64,000 bases of DNA from Moniliella sp. 'wahieum' (Eukaryota), in NCBI GenBank assembly GCA_003971905.1, contig RSEE01000109.1:1-64000 (forward strand), written 5' to 3'. Numbering within the stretch: the stretch's first letter is position 1; each line of letters opens with the position of its first letter. A model generated the notes under the pieces. It worked only from the letters and a program-made list of their open reading frames with translations, did not search any database and was not told where the DNA came from. Shown one piece after another: positions 48,283 to 60,591 of the stretch. The position numbers and the translations under genes were made by a program.

Positions 48283-49992
48283 TCAAAACAGTTCACCTGC
48301 CAAGTGGTAGTCGTCAATACGAAGCAGGAGCGAAACCGTCTCGGTCGCCAGCTCAATGGCCGATGTGTTGACAGCAAAGGCTGCAGCACATTTTCTTCGA
48401 GAATGTTGGTGATGGTACCCTTGCGCACGTTGATCCCAGCGGTCGTCTCGCCCTGGCGTGCCGGTGCGCACTCGGTGACAATCGATCGGGTTGAGCCCTG
48501 CATTTTCGGCAAGCGTGGTGGGGATGATCTCCAACGCGTCGGCAAATGCTTCGAAGCAAAAGGCTTCCATGCCCTGAAGCGTTTGCGCATACTTGGCCAG
48601 TTGGCGGGAAACGTGCACCTCGGGTGCGCCACCACCAGCGATCAACGCACGTTTCTTGACCAGAGAACGCACCACACAGAGTGCAAATCTGGAGCGACCG
48701 CTCGCTCTCCTCCAATACAAGGCTGTTGGCACCCGTGCACAACACACTCACCGTATTGCCCATGTCCTTGATGCCCGACACCTTGACCACACGCGTGCCG
48801 GCCAGCTGCACCTCCTCACCAAGTCGGCATACGCCAGCTTGTCCTCGGTAAATGCATCAATGTCGGCGATGGGGGTGGTGTGCAGCGTCTTGCAGACAAA
48901 CTCCATTTCGTCGGCTCAATGTCCTTGATGACAAGGATCTTGAGCTTAGCGAGGAAATGAAGCGCAAGGTCGTTGACCCGCGTCGCGCAAGATGGACTTT
49001 TGCAACAGCAGACGTTGCATCCAGCCTTTTTGATCTTCTTGCACATGTTGAGCAAGTACTGCCGCTCCTCCCTTTTGAGAATCTTGTCCATCTGGCGATA
49101 ATCGTTGACCCGATTTGGTTGTCCATATCGGGTTTGGGGCTGGACAGCTGGAATTGACACACGCCAATCTTGGCCTTCTCCATGTGCGTCGGCCCCCGAG
49201 TTGGCCACTGCGTTCTGCTCCAACACCAGCCCATCCATCATCTGTATCTTCAATGGTACCACCCACCTTTTTGACCAAGCGAATGTCACGCAGGTCCACC
49301 GACGGTTCATCGCTCGTCCCGTCCCGGCTGGCTCGACGGTACCCCGGGCGGTCTCCTGGGCTGCGCCGGTAGGTAGAGGTGATGGGCAGGGCCGAGACTG
49401 GTGCAGGAGCAGTGGGGGACTTGTTGTGCAACAGGCGCAGCACCGCATTGACAGCGATCGGGGCCAGCGTCGACGAGTACTGCGACACAATCTTGGAATT
49501 GAGACTGGTGTGGGCGGCGCGGAGGAGAGCCTCCTTGTCGCTCAAGTCGATCGGAGTGCTGATCTCAGTCAGGTACTCGACCGCTTTGGTGGATGCCTTG
49601 ACAAACGACTCGGCAATCACTGTGGGGTGGATGCCCTTGTTCAGCATCTTTTCCGCCGCGCCAGCAATGCGCCGGCCACAACAACCACCGAGGTGGTGCC
49701 GTCGCCGGTCTCAATGTCCTGGGCCTGGGAGAGCTCGACCAGCATGCGCGCGGCGGGGTGCATGACAGCCATGTGCTTGAGAATGGTAGCGCCGCGTTGG
49801 TGATCACCACCTCGCCGGGCGGTCTGGATCATCTTGTCCATGCCTTGGGGCCGAGGGAGGTGCGGACGGCATCGCTGACGGCCTTGGCGGCGCCATGTTG
49901 GAGCGGCGGGACCTCGTCGGGCTTGTCGGCATTCTAAAGGCCTTGTTGGCGCCGGACGCGCCGGCGGGGGCGGGCGCAGCAGCAGCGGGCAT
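48283..49992 (-). CDS. CCT4: Chaperonin CCT/TRiC delta subunit (frameshifted)
   Basis: [108 protein letters not shown]. Confidence 0.95.
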
Positions 49993-51422
49993 GGTGGCGG
50001 GTGGCGGTGGGGGCGCGAGGGCCCAGAAGGCCAAGCAAGAAAGGCCGGCCGAGGCGAGGCGGCCGAGGCGCGAGTGTGCGGCACCACACCAGTCTTCCCG
50101 CCATCCTTCCCTCGACTTCGGCCGCGCCCGCGGCGCCTTCCGCCCATTCCGCCCCCTGCCGCTGGGTAAATACGAGTGGCCCTTTGGACGGCCAAACGCT
50201 TCTCGTTTCTTCGTTCCCTTCGCGGGCGCCCCTCCTCGCTCCCCAGCAGCTTCTAGCACATGGCCCATCGTGACGTGGATCAATGAGGACGGCGGTGTAC
50301 TGATTCAACGCGGGACCAGGCTCACGCACAGGTAGGGCGAAGCGATGACCACGCTTTGAGTCGGACGGGGCCACTGTGTGGGTCAAGGCAATATCCGAAA
50401 TCATGTCTTCTTGTTGGGTCCGCCGAACTCTCCAATTCTATACCCCCGCCTTCCATCGAGGCTACTAGACAATAGCAGAGAGCCCATTGGTTTGCTGATA
50501 AAGTAGGCTATTGCCGCGCCACATGCCACCGCCTGATCGCAAGCCTGTGTGACAGCCCCAAGAGCAGCAACCAGAGAACTCAGAGAACAGAGAAGAGCAA
50601 ACAATAAACAGTAAGCAGGGGAAAAGGATACTAAGACGCACCGAGATCACAAAGGGGTACGCAACGAGCGGATCCTACATTGAACCAGCCAAGATGGTCA
50701 TCCACATGGAACCTGGGATGGAGAACGCTTCGGTGAACTAAGGACAAAGACAAACGTCCAGCAAACAAGCAGGCGACCACTGTAGTAGGCTGCTTAGTAT
50801 ACTTGAACACACTATACCTGAGGGGATGGAGGATGAGTTGCATCAGATCATCAAACGACAGGACCGCGGCACGACGAAACTTGCTTTTTCCTCCTCTCGA
50901 GCGGCAGGAGACACATCCATAGTCCGAGTCTGAGGCCCTGGGGCCGAGTGGGGGGTAGAGGTCCCGCGCCGCCGGCTGTGAGCTCCGGAACTGGTACCAT
51001 AAGTGGTCCATCACTGTTGGCGGCTCACTCGAACACGGATGATAGCATGACTTCGGCCGACACTGTCCTTAAGCCAGCACTAGGCCACTGCTCTGTTCGT
51101 GCACGTGCGCCTTCTTTGTGTCCCGTGTTCGCTTGGCTTCTCTCCACTGCACAGCCGACACCGCTTCCACTCGATACTTGTACACTCCCCGTGCTCCCTA
51201 GCCCTTCAGTCAGTAGGCGCCATCTAATGACCGCTAATTGCGGCCAATAGGTCACGAGTAGGTCACGACGCAACCGTTCCATTTGCCCACGCCCGTGGTC
51301 TCTTGCCTCTTCTTCCCTTAACCCTGCTCCCACTACATGACGCTGTCATTAGAGCAGATCTGGACAATTCATTTGTCTGCCGTGCACATCGCATGGCGAG
51401 AAGCAAGCCAGCGGCGAGGATC

Positions 51423-52872
51423 TTACACGGAAAGCTCCGCTTCTCCGACTTGTTCACCGCGTCCTGGTAGGGCTGCAGCGCCGGCTTCACCCACTTAGCC
51501 ACAAAGCGTTCCACCTGCTGCTGCTGCGGGCCGGTAAAGGTGCTGGGGTCCAGCAGCTCCGGCAGGCGCGGCACAACGGGGGCAAAGTAAGGGTTCGTTC
51601 TTGATGCGCTCAATCAAGTCGTTGTCCCCACCCTGTTGCTTGACCACGGCGGCAGCCTGGTGCGAAAGCACACGAATGTGTTCGTGGCACTCTTGCCGGT
51701 CTCCGCCGGCGTCCTTGACCATGGCCATAATCACGTTCTCCGTCGCCATAAACGGCAGCTCGGCCGCAATGTGCTTCTTGATCACCGCCGGGTAGACGAC
51801 GGCCCTCAGAGATGTTTGGAGCGTGGTGAGGATTACATCGGCCGTCAGGAAGGCTTCCGGGATGGACAGGCGGCGGTTGGCACTGTCGTCCAGCGTGCGT
51901 TCCATCCACTGACCGCCCGCCGTCTCGCGCGTGTTGTTCAGCACGTTTCCGAGCCAGCGAGACAGGGCACAGACACGCTCACTGCGCATCGGGTTGCGCT
52001 TGTATGCCATGGCACTGCTGCCAATCTGGTCCTTCTCAAACGGCTCCTCAGCTCCTTGAGGTGGCAGAGCAGACGAATGTCCGTGGCCAATTTAAGTGCC
52101 GACGCACTGAAACTGGCCAACGCCGCGCCAACGCATCAAAGTCACCTTGCGGCTGTACGTCTGGCCCGTAACGGGCATGGCGTACGGAAAGCCAAACTTG
52201 GCAGTCACCATCTCGTCCAGCTCCTCCACCTTGTCGTGGTCGCCCTCAAAGAGAGCAAGGAACGAGGCCTGGGTACCGGTCGTACCTTGACACCCCGGAA
52301 CCCAATGTCGTTACGGGCGCGCTCAAAGTTGCGCAGGTCCCAGAGCAGTTCCTGGATCCAAAGAGTGGCACGCTTGCCCACGGTGGTCAGCTGCGCGGGC
52401 TGCATGTGGGTAAAGCCGAGCGTGGGCAGTGCCTTGTACTCCTCCCAAAGGCCGACAGACGCGCAATGACCGTGGCGAGCTTGGGAAGGAGCAGGTCAAA
52501 GCCCTTGCGGAGGAAGATGAGGTCGGCATTGTCCGTCACGTAGCAGCTGGTTGCGCCGAGGTGGATGTGGGCGCTGCGGCCGGGCCACGTGGCCAAAGGT
52601 GTGCACATGCCCATGACGTCGTGGCGACGCTTCTTCTCTCCTGGGCAGCCAGGGCCATCTGCTCATCGTCGAGAGTGAGGTGGGCCTTCATCTGGGCAAT
52701 GGCCTCGTCGGGATGTCGAGGCCGAGCGCCTTCTCGGACTCGGCGAGGGCAGCCAGAGCTGGCGCCACGTGCCGAAGCGGGTGGCATTGGAGAAGAGGTT
52801 GGACATCTCCTTGGACGAATAGCGGCCAGCCAGGGGCGAGGCCCACTGCTCGTAGGACGGCGAGAGACTCAT
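51423..52872 (-). CDS. ADE13: Adenylosuccinate lyase (frameshifted)
   Basis: [64 protein letters not shown], signature [42 protein letters not shown]. Confidence 0.96.
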
Positions 52873-53733
52873 AGGGAAGTGGTGGTGGGGGGTGGGCGCG
52901 GGAGAGAGGGGGGGGAACCGCACGGACAAAGTCGGGAACAATCGAACGCAGAAGCGTTCTGGGGCTTTTTTCTCTTTTTCTTTCTCCGCACAGACCGGCT
53001 GGCTGGCTGTGGCGAAGATCACCAGTCGGGCGCAATCGCATCGCTGATCCTCGGGCGGAATACATGGGCCCACTGATGGAGAGCCTCACCGGTCAGCACA
53101 GCGGCATGGATGATCCGGGGGGATGTGTGGTCGTAGATAAAGATGGGCGCCGCCCTTGTCGTCTCGGCGCTTGCCTTGCCCCGTGGGCCCCCCACACCCC
53201 GCCGCTCCCTTCTCAGCGGCCCCCCGACCGGCTGTGGCTGGCCATCACTCTCCAATCGGGCCCACGCATCGCCACGCCTTGGCGAACAGCAAGCTACAAA
53301 CCCTCCGCCCCCTCTTTCCTCTCGACTGGCCAATGAAAGCTATATGCTTCATGCCGCCAAGGCTGCTGGGGGTACCTCGGCGCCACCTTTTCCCTTTCTC
53401 TGTTCTGCCCCCCCCGCCTTTATTGTACGCTGGTCCGTGGAACGAACGAGCTGGACCCGCATTTTTGACCCTCGGCCTGATTAACCCCGCCCTAGTTCAT
53501 GGTTCAATGAACGAACAATTACATCCCTATTGCACTCAGTGGAGGGGGGCACGCTGCCCTCGCAGGCGAGGGAAGGGCAGGGGAGGGCAGGTCGTGTTCT
53601 TCGAGGTCGCGCAGTGGTCCTGTCCCACAGTGTGCTGTGCTATGCGCGAGTCGGGGCTTCCTTCTGCACTTGTTTCGCCAACGTTGCTCCAGCAAACAAG
53701 GGCCATGCATTTCTGGCACCCTATCTGCTGCAC

Positions 53734-54167
53734 TTAGTTGCCTCCGCGCAGGGCAAGCACCAACTAGAGAAGATGTAGGAGGGCAGTGGTCAGTCGGGCA
53801 ACTGGGGAACGAGTGTACGAGGTAGGAGCTAAGCAGAGGTCGATACGTACATGAAGCGTGGTGCCTCCTCCACATCATCTCTTTGGCCGTCTTGTCGTCC
53901 GGCCTTGGAAAAGGTCAGCGATCCATAATCGAACAAGCAGGGGAGAGGACGTACATTGCTTGCCGCTGAGATGAGGCGTTGCTGAACGGGCGGAATGCCT
54001 TCTTTCTCTTCTACCTTTTCCTTGATACGGCTGATCTTGTGCTGTTGGCTCAATGTCCAGTTCAATCACTGCCAAGCACCAGCGTGTCAGTAGGGGTGTA
54101 TGTGAGTGTGTGGGGGGGGGGGCAAAACAACGTACTGCGGCCAGTGAGCGTCTTGATTGATGAGCAT
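53734..54167 (-). CDS. RUB1: Ubiquitin-like modifier NEDD8/Rub1 (several short introns)
   Basis: MLI..KTLTG, IELDIEP, ISRIKEKVEEKEGIPPVQQRLI, DDKTA, VLALRGGN-stop. Confidence 0.92.
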
Positions 54168-54572
54168 CGGGCCAGCGCTGGAGATGGTGGGGGGGGCGGT
54201 GCGCGCACATCTCATGGCTGCTCGATGACCCCCTGGCCGAGCCAATCGACAAGGCGGGAATGTGAATGTTTCAGACGACGCTGCTTCGTGTCGCTCGCCT
54301 GGGACTCTGACTCTGCAACTACTCCAGTCTGTAAGAGCCGCTCTGCTGCTCGTCTACGCGCAACTCGGGCCGATGCACGACCTTACTAGGCGGCATTCCT
54401 CCACTTTCCTTCCTTCCTTCCTTCTGTATGTTGGCTCGATGTCCGCTTTCAGCCGGCACCCCCCTCCCAAATAACTGAATCTTCAATCCGATTGGCACCA
54501 CCGCTTCCTGCAAGTCAGAGCGAACGCAGCGTCTACGCACCATACGGTCGCGGGTGTACCCCCCGCAGGGCG

Positions 54573-55837
54573 CTACGCATGCTCCTGCGCAAACTGGGTC
54601 ATGACCTGAGCCACCTTCTCTGCCTGCGCCACCGACACAGCATTGTAAGCGACGCGCGGCACCACCCCACGGAACGGTGGCCAGCAATCTGCACAATGCC
54701 CTGTTCTTGCACGCCTCGATAAACTGCTTCTCCAACTCGGGGCTGGGCTGACCACCGCACACCACACGGAACGTCACGTTCATCAACGACCGAACGTCTT
54801 TTGCCGAACCGTAGAACAAAGGTACCGCCCGAAGCCTCGATGGCAGCGTAGAGCAACCCAGCCTTTTTCTGGCTGCGTTCTTGCGCACCGGCCACGCCCG
54901 CCGTAGCGAGTAGATGGGCAAACCAGACCAGAAACGTAAATGGCGGCATGGGCGGCGTGTTGAACAACTTCCATTCCGCCTGGTTCTTGTAGACCAACGT
55001 TTGACGGGAGGGTGGTGCGCCAAGGCGACCAACGCTCATCATCTGGTTGACCAGCAACTCCTTCTTGACCAGCACGATCGTCACTCCTGGTGGGCCGACA
55101 TTTTTTCTGCGCACCGAAAAGACGATGCCATGCTGGTCAAGATGGGCAATAGGGCGGGAGAGGATGTTGGAGGACATATCGGCAACGATGGGTACCTTGG
55201 CGCGGTACTCTTCCGGGAGCTCGTGAGCGGGAACCCGTATTGGCCAGTGGGCGAGGCCGTGTTGTACTCCACCCCATCACCGTCTCGTTATCGCAGTAAT
55301 ACAGGAAAGCGGGCGGGACGCCCGTGGTGGGCGACAGATCCCATTTCTCGACCGGCGGAATCAACCCAAACTTGCCCTCTGCCAGGGAGCTTGCGCGCAT
55401 CGAATACAGCATGGGCATTGCACGCAGGCGCGTGGCCTCCTTGAACGCCTTGGCACTCCAAGTACCAGACACGGCATAGTCGCACGCACCGCACCTGGCC
55501 CTGAGTCCAGCCCTGCGGGTACACACTCGCGTGCCGATTCAGCAGGTTGAGCACCGTAGCTGCGAATTGCTCCGTGCCGCCGCCCTGAGAGAACAGTACA
55601 GCCCACTGTCTCCCAAGCCAAGGAGCGAACGCAGGTCTGCTTCGGCCTTCTCGATAATGGCTTTGAACGGGGCACTGCGGTGCGACATCTCCGTCACGCC
55701 CATGCCCAACCCTTCGTATTCCAACACTGCCTTGGCTGACTCGAGCAGCACATTCGTAGGCAATGGGAAGGGCCGGCGCCGACGTTGATCGTGGCATCGC
55801 GCGCAGAAAGGTCGACTTGCAGCGTTGTGGGAGCCAT
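54573..55837 (-). CDS. SER1: Phosphoserine aminotransferase (frameshifted)
   Basis: GMGVTEMSHRS, FSQGGGTEQFAA, DYAVSGTWSAKAFKEA, YYCDNETV, DMSSNILSRPI, KNVGPPGVTIV, LFNTPP, RSLMNVTFRV, GHRSVG. Confidence 0.95.
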
Positions 55838-56361
55838 TGTAGGGTGGAGAAGATGGAGAAACCGCGTTGACTGTTACTCGCCTTTTCTCTTTCCCGCCCT
55901 CTTTTCTCCGGCTGGGAATTTGAAACGTAAGTAAACGATGGAAGGAACAAGGGGCACGCGCGGCGTTGCAACCTGCAACTGCAACCTACTTGGTCTGGTG
56001 CCAGTGACTCTACCAGTGACTGCCAGGGCAGCTGGATGAGCTCATCGACCTACGTCCTCCTGCGCCACTCTGCATTTTCGTGCGAAGGGAGAAAACGGAT
56101 GGTTTAGCTGTGGACGGTACAACTATGCGCTACTATGAGCCGCGAGCTGTGAGCCATGAGCCCCTGACAGTCCAAGGACAAGCACGGAGAAAACTACGGC
56201 ACAACAAACTTCAGGCAATGCGCATGGGATTGGCATGTTTTTTGGCGACAGACACAAGTGTCCATCAAGGGACTTAGGGACATAAAGGGCCCCCACCCCT
56301 CGGCGAGGGTAAGAGGAAACAAGCAGGTCGACGGAAAAATCAAACACAGCTGGCAACCAAC

Positions 56362-56978
56362 TTAGGCGTGCTTGTTCTTGGTCGAGCGGAGACGACGAAC
56401 GTAGTGCTCCAACTCGTCGCCCTCGAGAATGTATCCGTCGGCGCGACCCGACTGGCCGGGGCGGGACGAGATGCAGGCGTACAGACGGCCAGCACCAAAC
56501 TGTTGCCAGAATGGGCGAGATGGCAGGCAGTCTGCTGGCGCTCAGCCAGCTTCTTCTGCACCTTCCGCGACTGCTTCACCGGCTCCGACTCGTCCTTGGC
56601 AAACGACTTCTTGGTCGTGACCGGCACGCCTAGTGCTTCTCGTACGCCTGGCGGAAAGGGGTCGCATCGACCTGGATGATGGCGTTCTTGACGAGCGTGT
56701 TGGTACGGACCAACTCGTTGTTCGACGCATTGAAGACGACACCGAGAATGCGGGTCTTGGAGGTAATGTGCTCCGAGCCCCAGGCAAAGTTGCCCGACTC
56801 AGCCTGAGCGCACGCTGCTTGATGTTGCCGCCACGCACACGGACAGGGTGGATGCGCTTGGGGCCATACGCGTGTTGGCCGACTGGCGACCGAGCTGGTG
56901 CGCACGCTTCTTGGCCGGCACCACGCGGCGGGCACCAGTGTGCGAACGCTTGTACCAGGAAGCACGAGTAAGACCCAT
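56362..56978 (-). CDS. RPS8: 40S ribosomal protein eS8; 5'-UTR intron 56979-57181 ending directly at the ATG
   Basis: [88 protein letters not shown]. Confidence 0.97.
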
Positions 56979-57660
56979 CTGCACCGCCCACCGTCACAGC
57001 CAAACGCCCAAGCAACCGTCAGCGTCCGTTCCAAGCAATCTCGCGCAGGAAGTTCGCCTCGCTGCGCCGACGCCCACCGCTCTCCTCGGCTGCCCGCACG
57101 GGGTGTGCACAGGCAAGAAAGGGCAGTGCCAGCGGCAGCGGCGGCGCCCAAGGCCGGGAGCAAGGCGCAACGCAAACTTACCTTGAAGAAACTGGCTGAA
57201 CGGGAGGTGGTTTCGAGCCAGGCGACTCGTCTCCATCGCCAGACGACCAGGCAAGAGAAGCACGTGCAACCCTATTCTTTTTCTAGGGTTGGGATCGCTG
57301 CGGCATATTCGAGTACACTGCCCAGACGCAGGTTGGGATCGGCGCAGGCCTGCTTTCTTCAGCCGTGGGAAGGGCACGTGACACGCCCTTGCACCGAAGC
57401 GAGGCCCATTTGTGGGGCGCTTGTGGCACGTGACGGTCCCGCGTGACGCGTGACGGGTTCTCCTCGCCTGTACAACTTGGCCAGAAACCTTGGTCCTCCG
57501 CAGATGGCCTCTTCCCACTTGCTATGTATACGGCACGCACTATCGCAGTTGAACTCTCCAATTGGGATGTAGGAAGGTGGATTTCATGAGGAAACAGCAA
57601 TTCCCGGCGACAACACTCCTTGCTTCCTTGCTCGTGGGAGAGAGATGCCTCCTGGTTCGA

Positions 57661-59561
57661 TTAGGTGCGCAACAGGGCACTGTAACACTCCTCGTCGTGT
57701 GCCTTCCCGCATGCTCAAAGAACCGTTCGCCCTCAAACACCGAATCGCACCCAGCGCACTTGAAGCATTCTGCATGCCACGTCTTGCCCAGCGCCATCAA
57801 CTGTGGTCCGACAATGGGTCGACGGCACCCTCGGCACTTGGGTCGATGGAGGGCAATGTGGCATCGTTCGCAGTAGGGTAGCCCTTGACGGTAAAGAAAG
57901 GTTTGGATCCGACCACCGGTTCGTCCTCTCGGTCTTCCAACTCGCCCTGCCCTGGTGCCGACGCTGACTTGCTCGGGTCCACAAACGGATCGCCGCAGTT
58001 GGCACAGAAAAATGCAGGTCATGGTAGTAACGCAGCTGGGCGCCGGCCAAGTTGGGATCATCAATGGCAATGTACGCGCATCGACAATGGGCGTTTGGCA
58101 ATGAAAGCAACGTTGGCTAAACATTCGTGGTAGTCCACATGGCAATACGCCGCGCCCGCATGAACGTAAAACGATACGTGTTCCAGCCGAGTATGGCAAT
58201 GCTCGCACCGGAAACATTTCGGATGCCACAACCGACCCCACCGCACGGATCACTTTGCCCCCCGTTAGGATCTTGTCGCAGCCCCCACAAAACCCACCCA
58301 GCGCATCGTGCTCGCTACCGGCACGCTGCGCCGGTACCGAGCCAGGCTCGGTATCAGTACTGGCCTGCTGCTCTTTCCCAGAGTGAGTGGGAGTGGGGGT
58401 GGAAGCGGAAGTGTGGGGGTGGCTGTGACTGTGGCCGTGGTCGTGGGAAGAGCAAGGGTGAGACGGGCCGCGCTGCCTCCCTCCGCCTCGTACTTCTTGT
58501 TCTTCTGTTCCTCCTCATCGTCGTCCCCGAAGGAGATCCTGGGAATGGTCGGGACATTTTCCTCCTCCTCCTCCTCGTCACCAAACGAGATGGTAGGCAC
58601 AACAGGGCGAGGGACGTCCGTATCCTCCTCCTCCGGCGCATCAAACGAAAACGAAGGCACGACCGGTGCGCGACCCGTGGGTTCATTTTCGTCGAACCCA
58701 CCGAGATGGTAGGGACGACGATCGAACTAGGTTCCTCCTCTTCCTCGTCCTTCTTTCTCTTCCTCTTCCTCGTCGGGACCCGCAAAGGAGAAGGTTTGGT
58801 ACGGCCATGGGCGCCCTGCGCACCGCATCCGTCTTGGTCTGGACCTCATCGGCCGACGCAGCGTCGTCAGGGGGGACGCAGGTACCGCCCTAGTATCTTC
58901 CTGTGCACCGCTGGTGACGATGGGCGAAGAAAAAGTAGGAGTGGCAGAGTTCGGAGGCGGGGAAAAGGGATCGGGGCCAGTAGCCGGGACAGGAAGGGAA
59001 GGGAGCGGCCGACGTCCGCTATCGGTCCGACGGTGCCGCGGGCCCATCTGCCGCGCAAGAGGAGATAGTGGCGAGTCGTGGGTAGGAGGGTGGGTAGATC
59101 GTGCGCTGTTGGGCGTGTGGATGGGGGCGGCAGGGGCGGGGTGGGTGATGTGGGGGGAGGGGTGGCGCGAGGCCAGGCGAGACGCAAAGACCGAGCGAGA
59201 AGTGGGCCAGGAAGGCATGCTGGGCAGCGGAGGAGAGGCAACCGAGGGAGGCAAGGGTGGGACGGCGGGCGAGGCGACAGGGGAACAGGGGGCGTAGCGA
59301 GCGGGGGCTGGGGCAGCGTGCGGCGCGCAGGCCGGGACGAGGCCCGACACTCTTGAGCGCGGGAGGTGGAGTGGGTCGTCCATCGCGCTGCGTGCCGTCG
59401 TCGTCTGGGGCGGATTGGATGTCTCGCGGAGAGGCGTGGGCGTCATGGGCAGTGGTGGGGACGGGGTGGGGTTGTGGGGGTAGGAGGCGCGGCGGAGGAG
59501 GGGCGGCGGAGGAGGATGGGTCGAAACGCACCCCGGCAACTGCCCGTGGATGGATTGCCAT
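57661..59561 (-). CDS. Proline-rich protein with three C-terminal LIM domains (paxillin-like)
   Basis: WHPKCFRCEHC..YCHVDYHE, CFHCQTPIVD..YYHDLHF.CANCGDPF, PYCERCH, PKCRGCRRPI..LGKTWHAECFKCAGC. Repeated P.ISFG-acidic motifs upstream. Confidence 0.85.
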
Positions 59562-60591
59562 CAACACGGGTTACGGGACCGGTGATCGGCGATCGATGAT
59601 CGATGATCGCGGGGGGTAGAGTGTCGGTGTGCCCCTTGCTTTGCAGCCTTCCGCTGCCAGCCATTCCGCCCGGCGGGCGCAGTGCACCAGGGTGCACGTG
59701 CGGGCGGCAGTGTGCCCAGGTGCCATGCATCCACATCGTATATCACTAGATCACTGTGGTACACAGGCGCACTTGCGCCCTGGCCATCTCGTCCACTGAC
59801 CAACGCTGTGCAAACGCCAGCCGCATCCTGCGTGTTGGGGGTATCGCACACCTCTTCTCTCCCTCCACACGTTAACGATTGTCTCTGTTGAGAAGCAAGA
59901 GGCATCGAATGCGAGATGATCAAGACGCCAGGACTAGACTGCAACGCGACAAGAGAGGTGGACAGGAAAGCTGAGCCGCGGTATCAAGAAGTGCTTCCGT
60001 GGAGGCGGTGGGCATATAGATGGTTTGTACGACAATCAATACGCCCACTGCACAGCTGCCAGATCTACTATCAATCAAAGTTCGATCAGACCTATCGACG
60101 GGACCCGCCTGAATCCACAACCATCAGGAATATGGGAGTGGGAAGCCAAGGTGGTAAAAGGCAGTATATGTAACTAGATAGGGACCCTTTGGATGAGAGC
60201 GTTATGACCTTGCGATTATCATCATGCAACGGAACAAGAGCAAGAATAAAGCAAAGTCATTCATCGTAATAGTCGTCAAAAAGCTCGTCCCCATGTGGGA
60301 ACGAAAAGAGCGCCGTGTGCACATCCTGGCTTGGACCGTAGGGGCAATGCGAGGGGAGACATCAGGAGGCACATTCCACCTCCAGGTACAAGTAGTAGGA
60401 TAAGATATCCCGAGAGCCAAACGTGGGGGGAGGGGGTCATGAAGCACGTCTCTGAGAATCGTACAGCAGAATGTACAGAGAATGGGGGGGGGGGATACAG
60501 AGAAGTATAGACGGTATATATGGTGTTAGTGCTCGGTGGGGGACCAGCAGGAGAGAGCTAGTAGGGAGAGAGACGAAAGGCAGGACACCCT

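Noticed and set aside
48192..59068. Long antisense ORFs over CCT4, ADE13, the LIM gene and others
   Set aside because: Expected shadow ORFs in high-GC coding sequence.
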